DNA of 64,000 nucleotides, from positions 248,001-312,000 of the forward strand of contig CM052816.1 in the NCBI GenBank assembly GCA_028534125.1, in the 5' to 3' direction. The DNA is from Lama glama. Its lineage: Eukaryota. Numbering within the stretch: the stretch's first letter is position 1; each line of letters opens with the position of its first letter. Made by a program: the position numbers and the translations under genes. The notes under the pieces are model-generated. The model was not told the origin of the DNA. It worked only from the letters and a program-made list of their open reading frames with translations, and searched no databases. This document shows positions 25,101-38,265 of the stretch, piece after piece.

Positions 25101-28059
25101 GGGCTGGGAAGAGCACCCTACTGAAGAGACTGCTGCAGGAGCATGGCAGCATCTTCGGCTTCAGCGTGTCTCGTGAGGCCCCAGGGGAGGTGGGGGAGGG
25201 TCTCAAGGATGCTGGGGGCAGGGACCCCTGCTGACATGCCCTGGAGCCCCCCCCCACGCCCCCAGAAGGGTGGAGCCAGGCCCTGTGGGAAGGCCCGGGG
25301 TATGGGATGCATGGGGCTCCAGGTGTCCAGGTCAGTCACAGGTATTTGTTCCCAGACACCACGAGGAACCCGAGGCCAGGAGAGGAGAACGGCAAAGGTG
25401 AGCTCAGCCAGCCGGCCTCAGCGCTCCAGCACAGGGCTGGAGCAGCCCTCCACCTGTCGTGATGCATGAGGCCTCCCTATCCCCATCTGCTGTGTGGGTC
25501 CCTCTTCTGGGCGGGGTGGGCATAATTAGGAACCAGGCATCAAGGTGCATGCTGGTGCCCAATGTCCACATGAGAGGCTGGGTGGGGGCCCTGATCCCAG
25601 CACGAGGCAGCTGAGGGGCCCCTTTCCTCAGTGTGTGCTGCCCATGCTGTGTGGTTGAGATCATAGCCATGCACCATATAGGGCTCTCTGGCATCGTGAG
25701 CATTTTCTATAGTTTTAGTAGGGCTTCTATGCCTACCTGACACATAGCATGGAAGTCCACCCCAGCCTCCCCTGCTGAAGCTGGCAGTCTCCAGTCTCCC
25801 CCTCCGAAACTCCCCTGCAGTCGCCAGTGGTCTCCAGGCCCTCCTCAGTGGGGACAGTGTGAAAAGTGGCCCCTGCCCATCTGTCTCCCCCCCAGACATC
25901 TCCCTGCCCCTGTGGCCTGAGCAGCCTTCATTGTGGATGAACAGACAGGGATAGACAGGCCCAGAAGGGAAGAAGCTGGTAACCTGGCTGTGGTCATATG
26001 GACAGCTCCTCCTCCTTTGCAGATTACTACTTTGTGACCAGGGAGGTGATGCAGCGGGACATTGCTGCTGGAGACTTCATCGAGCATGCTGAGTTTTCAG
26101 GGAACTTGTATGGGACCAGGTGGGCCATGCTTGGGGCCCTCCCTTCATCCGATTCTCTCAAGGACCTGGAATGGGTGGCCCAAGCAGGGGGTTTCTCTTT
26201 GTGGCCCCCCTAGGCAGCGGGTCTACCCTTGGCTGGGCCCCTGGTTGGGGTTTTCTCTACGGGCTATCTATCTGGGCAGTTGGGGCAAGGGACCTAACCC
26301 CCAAGGGTCAAGATGAGGCAGCAGTCAGGGCTCTTCAGGCCACTCCCTCCTGGCCCAGCCCTACCTGGCCTGCTGTGGGAACCATGGGCCGCTCAAGGGA
26401 CTGATATGTAGTGAGGACTCAGGGAACCTGGGTCTCACAGGTCTGCAGGTTTCACTCTGGCCCCCTCCCCTCCAACCAGTGGGGCAGCCTGGGAGGGTCC
26501 CTGGGGCAACAGAAGCTGCCCCCCTCCTCAACCAGAGCAGGGTCCATGGTGGCTCTCCCCATACAGCTTGTGAGGCTTGGGAGCAGTGTCTTGACACAGG
26601 CAGGCAGGCCCAGACATGCCTTTGTGCACAGCCTGTCCTTGAGCCACCTGGCTGGGTGAGGCAGGGACCCCACAAGACCCATCGTGCTCTGCCCCCAGGT
26701 GCAGATGGAAGGAATGGTCGGTCCCAGAGTGGGGTTGTTTGGCCACTGTTGGGACACTCAGTGCCCGCTGAGAGGTGGTTCCCCCAGTGGAGAGCCTGTT
26801 GTACATGGTGACCTTTAGGGTGAGGGGCCAAGGCCTACAAAGGACGGCCGGGGGATGAGGAAGCCCAACGGGGCGTCGAGTAGTGCTCTCGGGGCCCTGG
26901 GCCAAGGCATCCCTGCCTGAGCAGGGCTCCAGTCTGCAGGACATGAGAGAGGTGGCCATCCTTGTCCCTGAGGTCAGGATCCAGAGGGTATTGTCTTCTA
27001 GGGGCATGATTGGTGGGTTGGACTGATAGAGGTGATAGAGTGGTGTGGCCTGGGGGCAGGTGCCAGGAGGAGAGGCCCTGGGCCAGGGTCTGCAGGGCTA
27101 CCTACTCCCACTCCTGGACCAGCAGAGGGCCCCCATGTGCAAGGGTTGCTCAGGGAGTGCCTCCAGAAAGGTGAGCAGATGCCAGGGTTAGGCTGGGCAG
27201 ACAGGCTCAGAGCAGAAGATGGACAGTGATGGTCCCACTGAGGCTCTTTGAGGCTGTAGGGGCTACTGGAGCCCAGGGAGGCCCCAGCTGAGCAGCACCC
27301 CCTCATCCCCCAGCAAAGCGGCCGTGCGGGCCGTGCAGGCCATGAACCGCATCTGCGTGCTGGACGTGGATCTGCAGGGCGTGCGCAACATTAAGAAGAC
27401 TGATCTGCAACCAATCTACATCTGTGTGCAGCCACCCTCACTGGATGTCCTGGTGAGGGCCGAGAAAGGAGGGGGAGGGGGGTGAGGCGGCCCCAGAAGC
27501 TTTGACCTCCTGACCTTTGTGCTTCATCTCAGGAGCAGCGGCTGCGGCAGCGGAACACAGAGACAGAGGAGAGCCTGGCCAAGCGCCTAGCTGCCGCCCG
27601 GGCTGACATGGAGAGCAGTGAGTGTGGGCGCCTACCACTGGTGTCCCCTGCTCTCTCCCCAGGCCCCACAGTAGGCCAGTCCCACCCACTAAGGGGCAGA
27701 GGAGGACTGGAGCCAGCACCCAGCACTGTGGTCCCCATGAAGAGTCCCCAGACCCTTCCTCTGTCACCAGAGCTTCCGCTGACCCTGCCCCCACCCCCAG
27801 GCAAGGAGCCCGGCCTGTTTGACCTGATCATCGTCAACGACAATCTGGACAAGGCCTACTGGGCCCTGAAGGAGGCGCTCTCCGAGGTGGGCTGGGGTGG
27901 GGCTGGGGCCTCAGACCTCTGTCTGGCAAATGGGGAAAGCAGGCTGGGACAGGTGATATGGTGGCCCCAGGCCAGGCGAGACCCTCTTCCTCTCCCTAGC
28001 CCCACTTCTTCTCTCCCCCACAGGAAATAAAGAAGGCTCAAGCAGCTGGTCACCCCTGA
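19118..28059 (+). CDS. GUK1: Guanylate kinase 1; long isoform 219 aa join(19118..19178,25059..25172,25356..25397,26023..26119,27314..27452,27533..27617,27801..27886,28024..28059); short isoform 198 aa from ATG 25061
   Basis: [46 protein letters not shown] (P-loop)...[20 protein letters not shown]...[11 protein letters not shown]. Exons sum to 660 nt, all GT-AG and in phase. Confidence 0.97.
20421..20925 (+). mobile_element. ERV solo LTR (sense) in GUK1 intron 1
   Basis: TG...CA ends (approximate), TATAAAA at ~20732, AATAAA 20817-20822, U5-like GTAAATTCTTTCAC 20853-20866. Confidence 0.7.
21428..21880 (-). mobile_element. ERV LTR (antisense), related to the preceding LTR
   Basis: GTGAAAGAATTTAC 21520-21533 is the exact reverse complement of 20853-20866; boundaries approximate. 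Confidence 0.55.
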
Positions 28060-28321
28060 GAAGGCCCACCGGCTACATCCTCCCAGTGGGGGCCTAGGGC
28101 CTGACACCCACCCTCAGCGGGTCAGGGTCTCCCAGCAGTGGCTCTGCTCACCTCAGCTGCCACCCAGGGGTCAGGGTGCTGCTCTTCTTCCCTCACCCCT
28201 CCACTGCAGCAGGGGGACCTTCTCTCTCACCCCTACCCCCCATGCCCATTTCTAGGCTCCCTCCCTGCCCTGCCCCGCTCCATCACCACCCTCCCTCCTA
28301 TGGACGCTGGGCCAACATCCA

Positions 28322-28327
28322 AATAAA
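28322..28327 (+). terminator. GUK1: GUK1 polyadenylation signal AATAAA
   Basis: AATAAA about 260 nt after the stop. Confidence 0.8.
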
Positions 28328-29209
28328 GAACTGCTGGATTAGAGTGTCCTGGAGCCCATGGATCGTGACCCTGGGCGGGTGGAGCCGCAGTGCACCCCAC
28401 CACTCCAGACCCCACTCTAGCTGGCCGGCCCCCAGCGGGCTTCGGGCAGCAGCATTCTTCTGGCATCTGCTGCTTGGGGCTGCTGGCTCCAGCGAGGGCT
28501 GCTCCCAGGCTACACACTGCTTCCCCAAGTGTCCCTTCAGGTGGGTGTAGGGACCCTCTTGGGGGTAGGTGGTGCTGCTAGGCCTCATCTCTACTGTCTC
28601 TTTGAGGTGCCATTGAGCCTGGGGACAGAAGGTCCCAGGGGCTTGTCCTGCTCGAACCATTCCTTCTCCTGGTCCCTGAGCTGGGCCAGGAGTGGCAAAG
28701 GGACAGAGACTGCAGACCAAGGCTGGACCTCTGTGTCTGGGGGCCTTGTGCCTGGCCCACTGAGCCTGGCCAGCCCTAATGGTCCTGGAGAGGCCAGTGC
28801 TGGGGGCCTCTGTTGGGGTTCCAGGCTCTCTAGAGTCTCAGAGGATGCCTCCAGAAGCCGCTGGTCTCAAGTCAGGATAGCCATGGTATACTGGGCACAG
28901 GAGACACACACTTGCCTGAGCCCTGGCCCATGCTCAGGCCATGCTCCTGTGGTGGAACCCAGACAGATGGTGGATGCAGACCTGGAGGAGGCAGGGAGCG
29001 CAGGCAAAAGTAGTCAGAAAGGCCAGACTCCATCCAAAAGCCCAGACACACAGCGGAGGGCAGGCGAGAGCTGGGCCTGGACACTAGATGGTGGGCAGGG
29101 GGTGCTGGGCAGCCCCGCAGGCCTGAGGGCAAGTGAGATGGAGCTGGGCTGCCTCCTGACCTGCTGTGCAGCCTGGGAGAGGCCAGTTCCCTCTCTGGGA
29201 CCCATCCAG

Positions 29210-29407
29210 CCCCAGGGACAATCAGGGATTCAGACCTCAAGCCTCAGGGGGAACAATGGAGCCGTTGAAGGCCCTCCCCCCGCATTGTGCTTGGTAGTGA
29301 GAGGTGGCCCTGGGTCAGTCTGGCCGGGTACACACTCAGGAGGGCTGGTGTCCAGCCAGCCATCAGGTAGAAGAGCTCAGAAGGCCTTGTTTCCTGGCCT
29401 GGAAAAG
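29210..29407 (+). promoter_or_regulatory. GJC2: GJC2 promoter and non-coding exon 1 with SOX (SOX10-type) sites
   Basis: ACAAT 29218-29222, AACAATG 29252-29258, CATTGT 29283-29288; donor AAG|GTAGGT at 29407/29408. The sequence resembles the human GJC2 5' UTR as I recall it (GGGAACAATGG...CATTGTGCTTGG...GAGAGGTGGCCCTGG...CTGGCCTGGARAAG). Confidence 0.8.
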
Positions 29408-30964
29408 GTAGGTTGCCCACCAGGGGACCAGGCGTAGGGTTCCCTTTGGGGCTGAGTAACACCGTCGTCACTCAGCCCAAGGTCTCAGGGGCCTGTATCA
29501 CCTCTTGAAACAGCCAACCCCGGGAGACAATAGGTGCTGGGTCCAGCTGGGTGGCCTTTTATTCTGGGGTTCTCTCCATCTCAGGCCCACTGCCCTCACA
29601 GGGCCTGACTGGGTGGTGGTTCTGGTGCAACAAGACTTGAGTGTAGGGGGAGGTGGAAGCAGAAATCTGGACCCCCCAACCACAGGGGCTGCTCAGGCTA
29701 GCTGAGGAGCAAGGACGGAAGAGGGGTGGGCCCTGAGCAGCTGGGACCCTTCAGGCCATGTGGAACTGGCCAGCTCCTGCCAGCTAGGCAGCTGCAGTGT
29801 GTCCAGAGGCTGGGGCTCTTCAGCTTTTGGGGGAGGCTGGGGAGCCTTTCCGATAAGCTGTGGTCAGTACACCTGCCCTCCGTCCGCAGCACTCCTGGTC
29901 TGGGCCTTGGTGTGGCCCGGGGCACCTTTCATTAAAATCCTTGTGGGCGCCTCCTAGGTCCTAGGTCCTCAGATCTAGGTCCTGGAGGTTAGCAGAGAGC
30001 AAAACAGCCTCCTGTTCTCCAGGAGCGGCCCCTGTTGCGCCACAGATGTGAGTGAGTTGTCTGGATGGGGACTGCATGCAGGGTGGCTGGGCAAGAATGG
30101 GGAGCGGGCCGGGGGAGGTGGCCTGGGCAGGGGTTCCAACAAGGGGCAGTACGGCTGAGGGGTAGCAGCCGGCCCTGGGTTGTGCTCCGTTGTCGGGGGA
30201 GCAGGTAGGCGCAGCAGGTGTCCAGGGCAGAGTAGGGGTATGTAGGGCAGAGAAAGTGACGCTGCTGCTCGTTGAGAAAGAGCAGAGTGCAGGCCGCAGG
30301 GGCGATCGCATGGGCATTTTCGGCAGCATCGGGGAGGAGGGTTTAGTAGGGGTCACAAGTGTGGGCATCCCACGCGGTCTGAGGGACACGGCACCCTGGC
30401 CCTGGGCCAGCAGTGCCTGAGGAGATCCCAGGGAGGGCACCAAGCTTGCGGAGGGGTTCTGGTTTGGCCTCACTCCCTTGCTTCTCCTAGCACATCCCCC
30501 CCAGACCACCCCCAAAAGCCCAGGGCCCTTCAGCTCAGGCCTCCCTGTGGGCGGCAGCTCCAGCCTGGCTGCAGGAGCAGCCCAGGCCGCGCCACCATGA
30601 CTCACTCCCCAAGCCTGGCCTCACCACACCCTCCACCCCTGCAGGAGGCCCCTCACTTCCCAGCTTCCAGGCTGGAGTGGAGCAGAGAAGGGCCTCCTGA
30701 TCCTCAGCAGACCCAGGGTGCCATGGCCACCTGCACCTCCAGAGGCCCTGGGAGGGAGCAGGAGCCTCCCACCGCAGTTTTACAACCATCCTCTCCCCAC
30801 AGCTCCCAGCAGGGCCCGTTCCCTCCGGCATCCGATCATCCCCCTGGCATTTGCTGAGCACTTGTGTGATGAGGGACGCTGAGCATGCAGTGGGTGCACC
30901 TCACTCTCCTGGCCATGGAGGATGCTTCCCAGAGGAAGGCCATTGGAGTGGTCCAAGGCAGGAG

Positions 30965-31080
30965 TGGGTGCATGTGTGTGCGTGAGTGTGAGAGGAGAGG
31001 CGGATGGGTGTGTAGGGGTGTGTGTGTGCGCGCGCGCACGGATGGGTGTGCAAGTGTGTGTGTGTGAGAGAGAGAGAGAC
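30965..31080. repeat. (GT)n/(GC)n/(GA)n compound microsatellite
   Basis: Directly visible dinucleotide runs; similar degenerate (TG/CA) tracts at ~35325-35420 and ~39280-39380. Confidence 0.85.
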
Positions 31081-34000
31081 AGTCCAGATACGGGTGAAGC
31101 CAGCTCTGAGGTGGGCAGGAGCAGGTCAGGAAGTCCCTGAAGACCCGTGAGGATGGGGATTTTGTTCTGAGAGCCCCAGGCTTCCTGGGACCAACCCACT
31201 GGGGCCTGCAACCCCACCTTGGGCTGCCTACAGGAGGGAACATGGGGATGGAGGACTAGAAGGAGAGCCTGGCCGTTAGCCGGTGTGCCCACTGCATGGG
31301 AGGCTGTGTGCACTGGTGTTGCTGGGGAGGGTGGCAGATGGATGTGGCAGAGGGTCCCTAGGCCTGGAGTCTGCGTCCTGGGCACTCCAGGGTCGGGGTG
31401 AACACCTCTGACTGGCCAGGGGTTCCAGGCAGAACACAACTGGGGCATCCAGGACAGGGGCCCAGAGAGGGAAGGAAGTGGAAGTGGAAGACCACTGCAC
31501 AGGACCACTGCAGAGCTGACAAGGGTGAGACCTCGCGGGCACCCTCAGGCTAGGCCGGGAGGAGGGCCTGGGGCCTGGGGCCTGGGGCCTGAGCAAGGGC
31601 AGGTGCTGCAGCCCCTCCCTCTGAGTGCCCGCTCCCTACAGGGCACTTTGGTGCGTGGTGAGCAAGTAGCAGAAGAAAGACCTTAACCTTGGAGCTCAGG
31701 GAGGTGGATGGGGTGTAGGAGCAGGCCCTGGTCTCTGAGCTAAGGCCTCAGTCTCCCGGGGCTGAGCCCGCCTTGGGCTACTTTGGGTGCTCATATGTAG
31801 AGGAGGGACCTCCGGTGCCAGGTGCATGCAAGGTCCCTGAGTCCTCAGGGAGGGGAAGAGGCTGCCTGAGATGCTGAGGTTCCCAGAGAAGGGTGTCACC
31901 AGCCAGCTTGGCCAGCTGAGCACTTCCAGGGGCTGTGGATCCTGTCCTGCCTGGCAGCCACACCTTAGCCAAAGGAAGTCCATCCACCCTGAGAGGGGCA
32001 TGTGGGAGGAAGCCGGGCCAGGGTTAGGAAGGAAATAGCTGGGCAGGCCCTGGCCTCACTGTACTGCAGGAGGAGACACTGGGCCATCTCTGCTCTCAGT
32101 GCCCGCCCCCCCTCCTCCACACCCAGGACCTTTGTTCAGACCCAGGGGTGAAAGGGGCTTGAAGACGGCGGAGGGGAGCCCAGCTGCCCACCCCTGTGCC
32201 AGCGCCGGGTGTGGAGGGCCCAGCTCACCCCAGGGCATATCATCCTGATGCCCGCTAGAGCCTACACTGTCTGCCTACCACCCTCCCCACAGTGGGGTGA
32301 CTTCTTGGGTGACTCTTGGCAGAGATGACCCCAGCCCCTGTTGTGGGGAGCCCTCCCCTGCACACTGGCCAGTCACCTTCCCTCACCAGATCCCACACCT
32401 TCTACTGACAACTCCCAGGCCTACCGCCTTGTAGACCTTGACACTCAGGGACACCTTGGCCCCTTACCCCCAACCCCGCCCTGGATCCCAATTGAGTGGT
32501 CCCCACCCACACTTGCTCTAACACGTAGCTTTGGGTGAGGTTTCCTCTGAATGAAGGTCCCTGCAAATGCCAGGGCCTTGTTCCCTGAGGGGCCAGCACC
32601 CCTCACACACCTTCCCCTCCTGCTGGTTCAGCCTAGGGCCTAGCCCCCACTGGCTACCTCCTCCCAGCAGCGCTGGGCAGCCATGGGCCTAGACTTTGCT
32701 TCCTACTGCAGCACCTCCGTATCGGGGTCCTTCTTGCATCCCACAACTCCAGGACAGGTCACCAACGTCCCTGCTCCGTGCTTGAAGCCTCCAGACAGAG
32801 AAATGCATTCCAGATGCGGACAAGACAGGCAGAGGGAACTTGGAGTGATGATGGGTTAGGAGAACATTTTTAATAAGGTTTTTATTTTATAACACCTGTG
32901 ATTTACAGAGAAGCTGTGAAGAGCCCAGGAAGAGTGCTCACTTGCCCCCACACGCAGTTCCCCCATAGCAGGCTTGTCACAATCAGTGCACCAGTGTCAC
33001 TACGTTGTCATTAACCAGTGCCCACTCTGCCCTCAGATTCTTCACTCTTCACCTGTGTCCTGCTTTTCTGGGGTCCCCTTGGGGAGGGTGACTGACCTCA
33101 CATCTCCTCGGCCTCCCTTGGGGATGACCCCCTCGGATTCCCTTGTTTCTGACACCCTTGGTGGTTTGAAGGTCAAGTAGTTTGTAAAAGCCCCTCTTGG
33201 AGCTTGTCTCATTGTGTCTCATGATCGCCTGGGGTGAGGGTTTGGGAAGAAGGCCTCAGGGGCAGCAAGGTGCGGCTGTCAACTTGGCGCCTCACCGTGG
33301 GTGGGGACCTCAGCCACTCCCCGATGCCTGCTGGGCTGTCCTGCCCTCCTCCCTCCCTCGCTGTGCTCTCTGGAAGCACACCCTCCTTGAGGTCACAGTG
33401 GCTACATGAGTTATTTAGAATTTCTTCTCCACTGACAGTTACTCTCTTATTTGCATCAGTAGGAACTCATTTATTTATGACCGTGGGCTATATAATCTGT
33501 GAGCTAATCTGTAACTGGTACTTACTTACTCTACTGCCAAAATGATCCAACTTCAGACACCCGGAGTGCCTTCCCTCATTTGCTACGTTGTGTCCCTTTG
33601 ACTCGCCTCTGTCAGTGTCAGTGAGTGTGTGTGAGAGAGAGAAAGAGCACTTCCTTCCTCTCTGGCACCGAGAGATGCTCCTGGCGCGTTTCCTGCCGCA
33701 GCCCTGGAACCAGCTGTTTCTCCACAAGCCTAGGTCCCTTTACTGTAGAGCGGGACCAAGGTGTGTTCATGGCTATGGGGCGTTTTTCCTTTTAGGCCCT
33801 TTCAGCCAACAGGCAAGGGGCTACAAACCTGTGTGCACGCATGTGTGTATAACTAGGAAACCACCTGTGTCCATACTGAGCCGATGGTGAGTTCAGACCC
33901 ACGTCTCCAATGCTAACCCGTGACCAGTTGGGACATTTCCAGCCCCTCTGTGGCTCAGTCCGCGTGCACGGAGAGGAGAGAGCGCACAGGGGAGTGGTGG

Positions 34001-36975
34001 CTGGTCTCAGGGACTGCCCCGTGAAGGGACAGGACGAGGGGGCGGGTGGAGCTGGGGTCTGGACGGGGCGTGGACATTGTAGGGCCCGGCAGAGTAGAAG
34101 CGCTCGCAGCGGTGCGTTCCACCTGCGGGGTGTTGGTGCGCTGGCGCCAGATGTGCTTTGCATCTTACTTCGAAGTCTGGCGGAGTCTCAAGGGTGGATG
34201 GGCGTCCTCAGGTGCCCGGCAGAAGCGAGGCAGGCCCAGGGAGCGGCGGGGCCCCGCGGGGTCTGGTTCAAGGTTTCTGCTGATGGAGCGGAGCGGGTGC
34301 TGGGCAGAGAGCGCTCGAGGATAAGTCCATCTAAGATGGAAGCTGCTTTGGAGGGAGATTTTTGGGTCTGGTCCTCTGGGGTTTGCTGCGCCTGCCGGAA
34401 TCCACGTGCTGATGTGAAGCTGACAACTGGCACAAGAGGTCTGGATTTGGGGGGCCCTATGCATGGCACTAAGATCAGGGCCTGGGTTCTTCCAGGCCGA
34501 AAGTGGTCAGTCAGTGCCAGCCCCCAGACCACAGAATGATCCGGCCGTGACTGCGCATGTGACCCAGGACCTGCACACACGTGTTCATGGCACGCAGGCA
34601 TCTGCACTTGGTCTGAAGAACCAACTGCCTCTGCCCCACACCCAGAGGTTGCCAGAGCTCCCCTACTGGCACTTGGGGAAGGAAGAGAGGAGGTTTGCTC
34701 CCTCTCCTTTCCCACTCCCCAGGCTGTTCCCCTCAACTGACAGCATGCAGGGCCCTCACCCTCTTTTCTCCACAACTCATCTCTTGAGGGTGTGCTCTAA
34801 CTGCACCCAGGCCAGCCTCCTTGGGCAAAGTGCCACCCCTCACCCCAGGGCAGGGTCCTCCCAGCACCATGCTAGAGCTGGTCTCAGAGCCCCGCCGCTG
34901 CACGTCTCCCCAAGTTGGTTATGGGTCTGGTGGAGGATTTTACACCACAGGAATCGGTAAACACTGCACCAAGGCTTTCCCACTGAGATTCAGCTGTGGA
35001 ATACTAACCACACATGAACGGTCAAGCCTGCCCTGGCACCCTCACCTTCCCTTCCATTTTTCCTCTAGGATCTGTTTTGGAGGGGAGAGAAGAGGGGGGT
35101 TGCTCTGCCATCCCTTTTCTGGGTTCTTGCCTGGTGGGACCGTGGGCCTCGGCCTCCTGTGGTGTGGAACTGTAGAGGTCAGGAATAGGGAGAGATCCTG
35201 GAAAAGAGTTCAGGTTAGAGCTGAGGAAAAAGCCAACCTAGGACACAGGACCCTTGTGCTCTTCCCCCGTTGAAGCAGAGGGATATCAAAGATGGCCCTG
35301 GAGGGCTGGCTGGGCATGTGCCAGTCTGTGTACCTGTGTGCATGCATGTGCACAAGTGCATCGCACACGCGAGTATGCACGTGCATGTCTGAGTGAACTG
35401 TGTGTGTGTGCATCTGTGAGTGTTGTGGCTCTGAGAGGGGCACTGCACACAGATGTGAGGAAGTAGGGTCACTTCCCCAGGAACCCTGGCTGCCCCCTCA
35501 TCCTGCCCCCCGCCCAAGAGCCCAGCTGCATAAAGAGGGCCTGAATCCCTGAATGCCCCTGCTGTTCCACCCCACACCTGCCCACACTGCCTCTCAGGCC
35601 TGTTCCAGAAGGAGGGAGCCAACAGCATCAGGTACTCAGGGGTCTCCTGCCCCCAAACTCAAACTATCCAGAAGCAGGTACTGGTGTTCACCGTGGAGAA
35701 GGGAGGGTGGGTGTTGGGAGGCTGCAGCCCCCTGCCTAGAGTCGCAGAGGTACAGGGGCATGTGGTCCTGCCCACAGAGCCCCTTCTAGGCACAGGCCCA
35801 CTCAGGGGTAGCTGATCTAGAAGGGGCACTGGTCTGGGACATGGTAAGCAGCCAGGTGGCTCTCTCTGAGTGTCACAGGTGCCCAAGTGTGGTTGCACAT
35901 GTGCCTTATGGCCCCCAATCAGGATGTGCATAGGACACAGGAGTGCTGGGACAAGAGGGAGGAGCAGCCTGGAGGGTAGGGCCTCAGCCCCTGGTACAAC
36001 TGGACCTGCAGGAGGTTCTCAGAGGAGCATGGCAGTGATCCTTTGTGGAGGCGGAGGGACCAGAGCCCCTGTGCAAGGTTTGGGGTAAGGGTAGGGGGAG
36101 GGACCGGTCCTGGGAAGCCTGGAGCTGATGGAGCTGAGGGTTACAAGGGGCTGGAGGCTGACAGGGCCGTGGGGTCTGGGGACTGATGGGGTTAGCTCCA
36201 GGGGCTAGGAGGCTGGAGGCTGAGGGCCACTGGGACTAGGGGCCTGGGAAACCACGGGCCACTGGGGGACTGGCGTGGCTGAAGAGCTGGGGGGACAGAT
36301 AGGCTGGGGACTCAGCCCCTGGTGGGCTCCTAGCCTGCCCGAAACAGGTCTCCATGGGACTCCTTCCAGCGATCTGGGTGCTGAGAGGTGGGGGCAGGCT
36401 GAGCTGAGGCTGAGCAGCCCCCACACTCTAATACTCTGAGTGAAACTCAGTTTCCCCATTTGTCCTACAAAGGCAGCTCACCCTGCTGACCCCCTGCAGT
36501 TCTCAGGGCCTTGGGTGGGGTCCCCAGAGGTTGGGGAAGGAGTGCGTCTGGCACTGGGCCAGGCTTTCCTGGAGGACTAGGGGAGGGCAGGAGAGACTGG
36601 CACTGCTCCGGGCCGCAGCGACCTGGGGTCGGGTCTTGGTGGGAGATGGGGCGTGTGCTCAGCCAAAGCAAGGTGTCCTGTCATCTGTCCTTTTAGTGCC
36701 TGTCTTCTGCCTGCAGAGGCCCGGGCCTCTCCCTGTATCCATCCCAGGGCAGAGACTTTGGATGGGGGTGGCGCTCCTGAAGCGGCTGCTCCTTGGGGTG
36801 AAAGATGTGTGTTCCAGAGGGGACCCTGGCCCCAGGTGCTGCTGTCCAACCCCTGCCAGGGGTTGAGCTCCCCATAGCCTGTGTATCTTACCGTCCCCGC
36901 CCCGTACCTCCTTGACCTCCCTTCGCCCCAGGTTGAGCTCCTGCTCGTGGCCTGCAGGTCCCGTCCCCGGTCCCT

Positions 36976-38265
36976 ATGACCAACATGAGCTGGAGCTTCC
37001 TGACACGGCTGCTGGAAGAGATCCACAACCACTCCACGTTCGTGGGCAAGGTATGGCTCACGGTGCTCGTGGTCTTCCGCATCGTGCTCACGGCTGTGGG
37101 TGGCGAGTCCATCTACTCCGATGAACAGACCAAGTTCACGTGCAACACGCGGCAGCCAGGCTGCGACAACGTCTGCTACGACGCCTTCGCACCCCTGTCC
37201 CACGTGCGCTTCTGGGTTTTCCAAATAGTGGTCATCTCCACGCCCTCTGTCATGTACCTGGGCTATGCGGTGCACCGCCTGGCCCGCGCCTCTCAGGACG
37301 AGCGCCGCCGCGCCTCTCGCCGCCGCCCGAGCCGTCGGGTGCCCCGCACACCGCTGCCATTGCCCCCGCCGCCCCACCCGGGCTGGCCTGATCCCGCTGA
37401 CCTGGGTGAGGAGGAGCCCATGCTGGGCCTGGGCGAAGAGGACGAGGAGCCAGGGGCGGGTGAGGGCCTGGGCGAGGAAGACGAGGCTGAGGACGCGGGT
37501 ACAGCCAAGGGCGCTGGAGGGGACACAAAGGCGGCAGGGGCCCCGGGCCCAGCAGGGCAGCATGACGGGCGGCGGCGCATCCAGCGCGAGGGACTGATGC
37601 GCGTGTACGTGGCCCAGCTGGTGGCGCGGGCTGCCTTCGAGGTGGCCTTCCTGGTGGGCCAGTACCTGCTGTATGGCTTCGAGGTGCGGCCCTTCTTCGC
37701 GTGCAGCCGCCAGCCCTGCCCGCACGTGGTCGACTGCTTCGTGTCACGGCCCACCGAGAAGACGGTCTTCCTGCTGGTCATGTACGTGGTCAGCTGCCTC
37801 TGCCTGCTCCTCAATCTCTGCGAGATGGCGCACCTGGGCCTGGGCAGCGCGCAGGACGCTGTGCGCGGCCGGCGACCCCTGCCCACCACCCCCGGCCCGG
37901 CCCCGCGCCAGCCGCCCTGCGCGCTCCCCGCCGCGCCCTCGGGCCTGGCCTGCCCGCCTGACTACAGCCTGGTGGTGCGCGCAGCCGAGCGCGCTCGCGC
38001 CCACGACCAGGACCTGGCCAGCCTGGCGCTGCAGGCGCTGCAGGACCGGCGCGCGCTCGGGGACCTCGACGGCCCACCGGGCCCCGCCCTCCCAGCTGCT
38101 GCCCAGGAACCCCCTAGGGCCGGCGCGCCCGCCTCCGGGTCCGGCAGTGCCACCTCCGGAGGCACGGCTGGGGGCCAGGGCCGGCCAGGCGCCAAACCCA
38201 GGGTGGGCTCAGAGAAGGGCAGTGCGAGCAGCAGCAGGGAGGGTAAGACCACCGTGTGGATCTGA
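36976..38265 (+). CDS. GJC2: Gap junction gamma-2 protein (connexin 47), 429 aa, single coding exon
   Basis: [38 protein letters not shown]; connexin extracellular Cys motifs ([35 protein letters not shown]); C-terminus GKTTVWI; acceptor CTGCAG| at 36957. Confidence 0.99.
   Translation: MTNMSWSFLTRLLEEIHNHSTFVGKVWLTVLVVFRIVLTAVGGESIYSDEQTKFTCNTRQPGCDNVCYDAFAPLSHVRFWVFQIVVISTPSVMYLGYAVHRLARASQDERRRASRRRPSRRVPRTPLPLPPPPHPGWPDPADLGEEEPMLGLGEEDEEPGAGEGLGEEDEAEDAGTAKGAGGDTKAAGAPGPAGQHDGRRRIQREGLMRVYVAQLVARAAFEVAFLVGQYLLYGFEVRPFFACSRQPCPHVVDCFVSRPTEKTVFLLVMYVVSCLCLLLNLCEMAHLGLGSAQDAVRGRRPLPTTPGPAPRQPPCALPAAPSGLACPPDYSLVVRAAERARAHDQDLASLALQALQDRRALGDLDGPPGPALPAAAQEPPRAGAPASGSGSATSGGTAGGQGRPGAKPRVGSEKGSASSSREGKTTVWI

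Noticed and set aside
28529..29437. 302-aa ORF between GUK1 and GJC2
   Set aside because: Starts at GTG, low-complexity G/S/P composition, no homology recognised; overlaps the GJC2 promoter in GC-rich DNA.
36577..37725. 382-aa antisense ORF over GJC2 (and other overlapping ORFs)
   Set aside because: Shadow of the GC3-rich connexin CDS; no recognisable domain.
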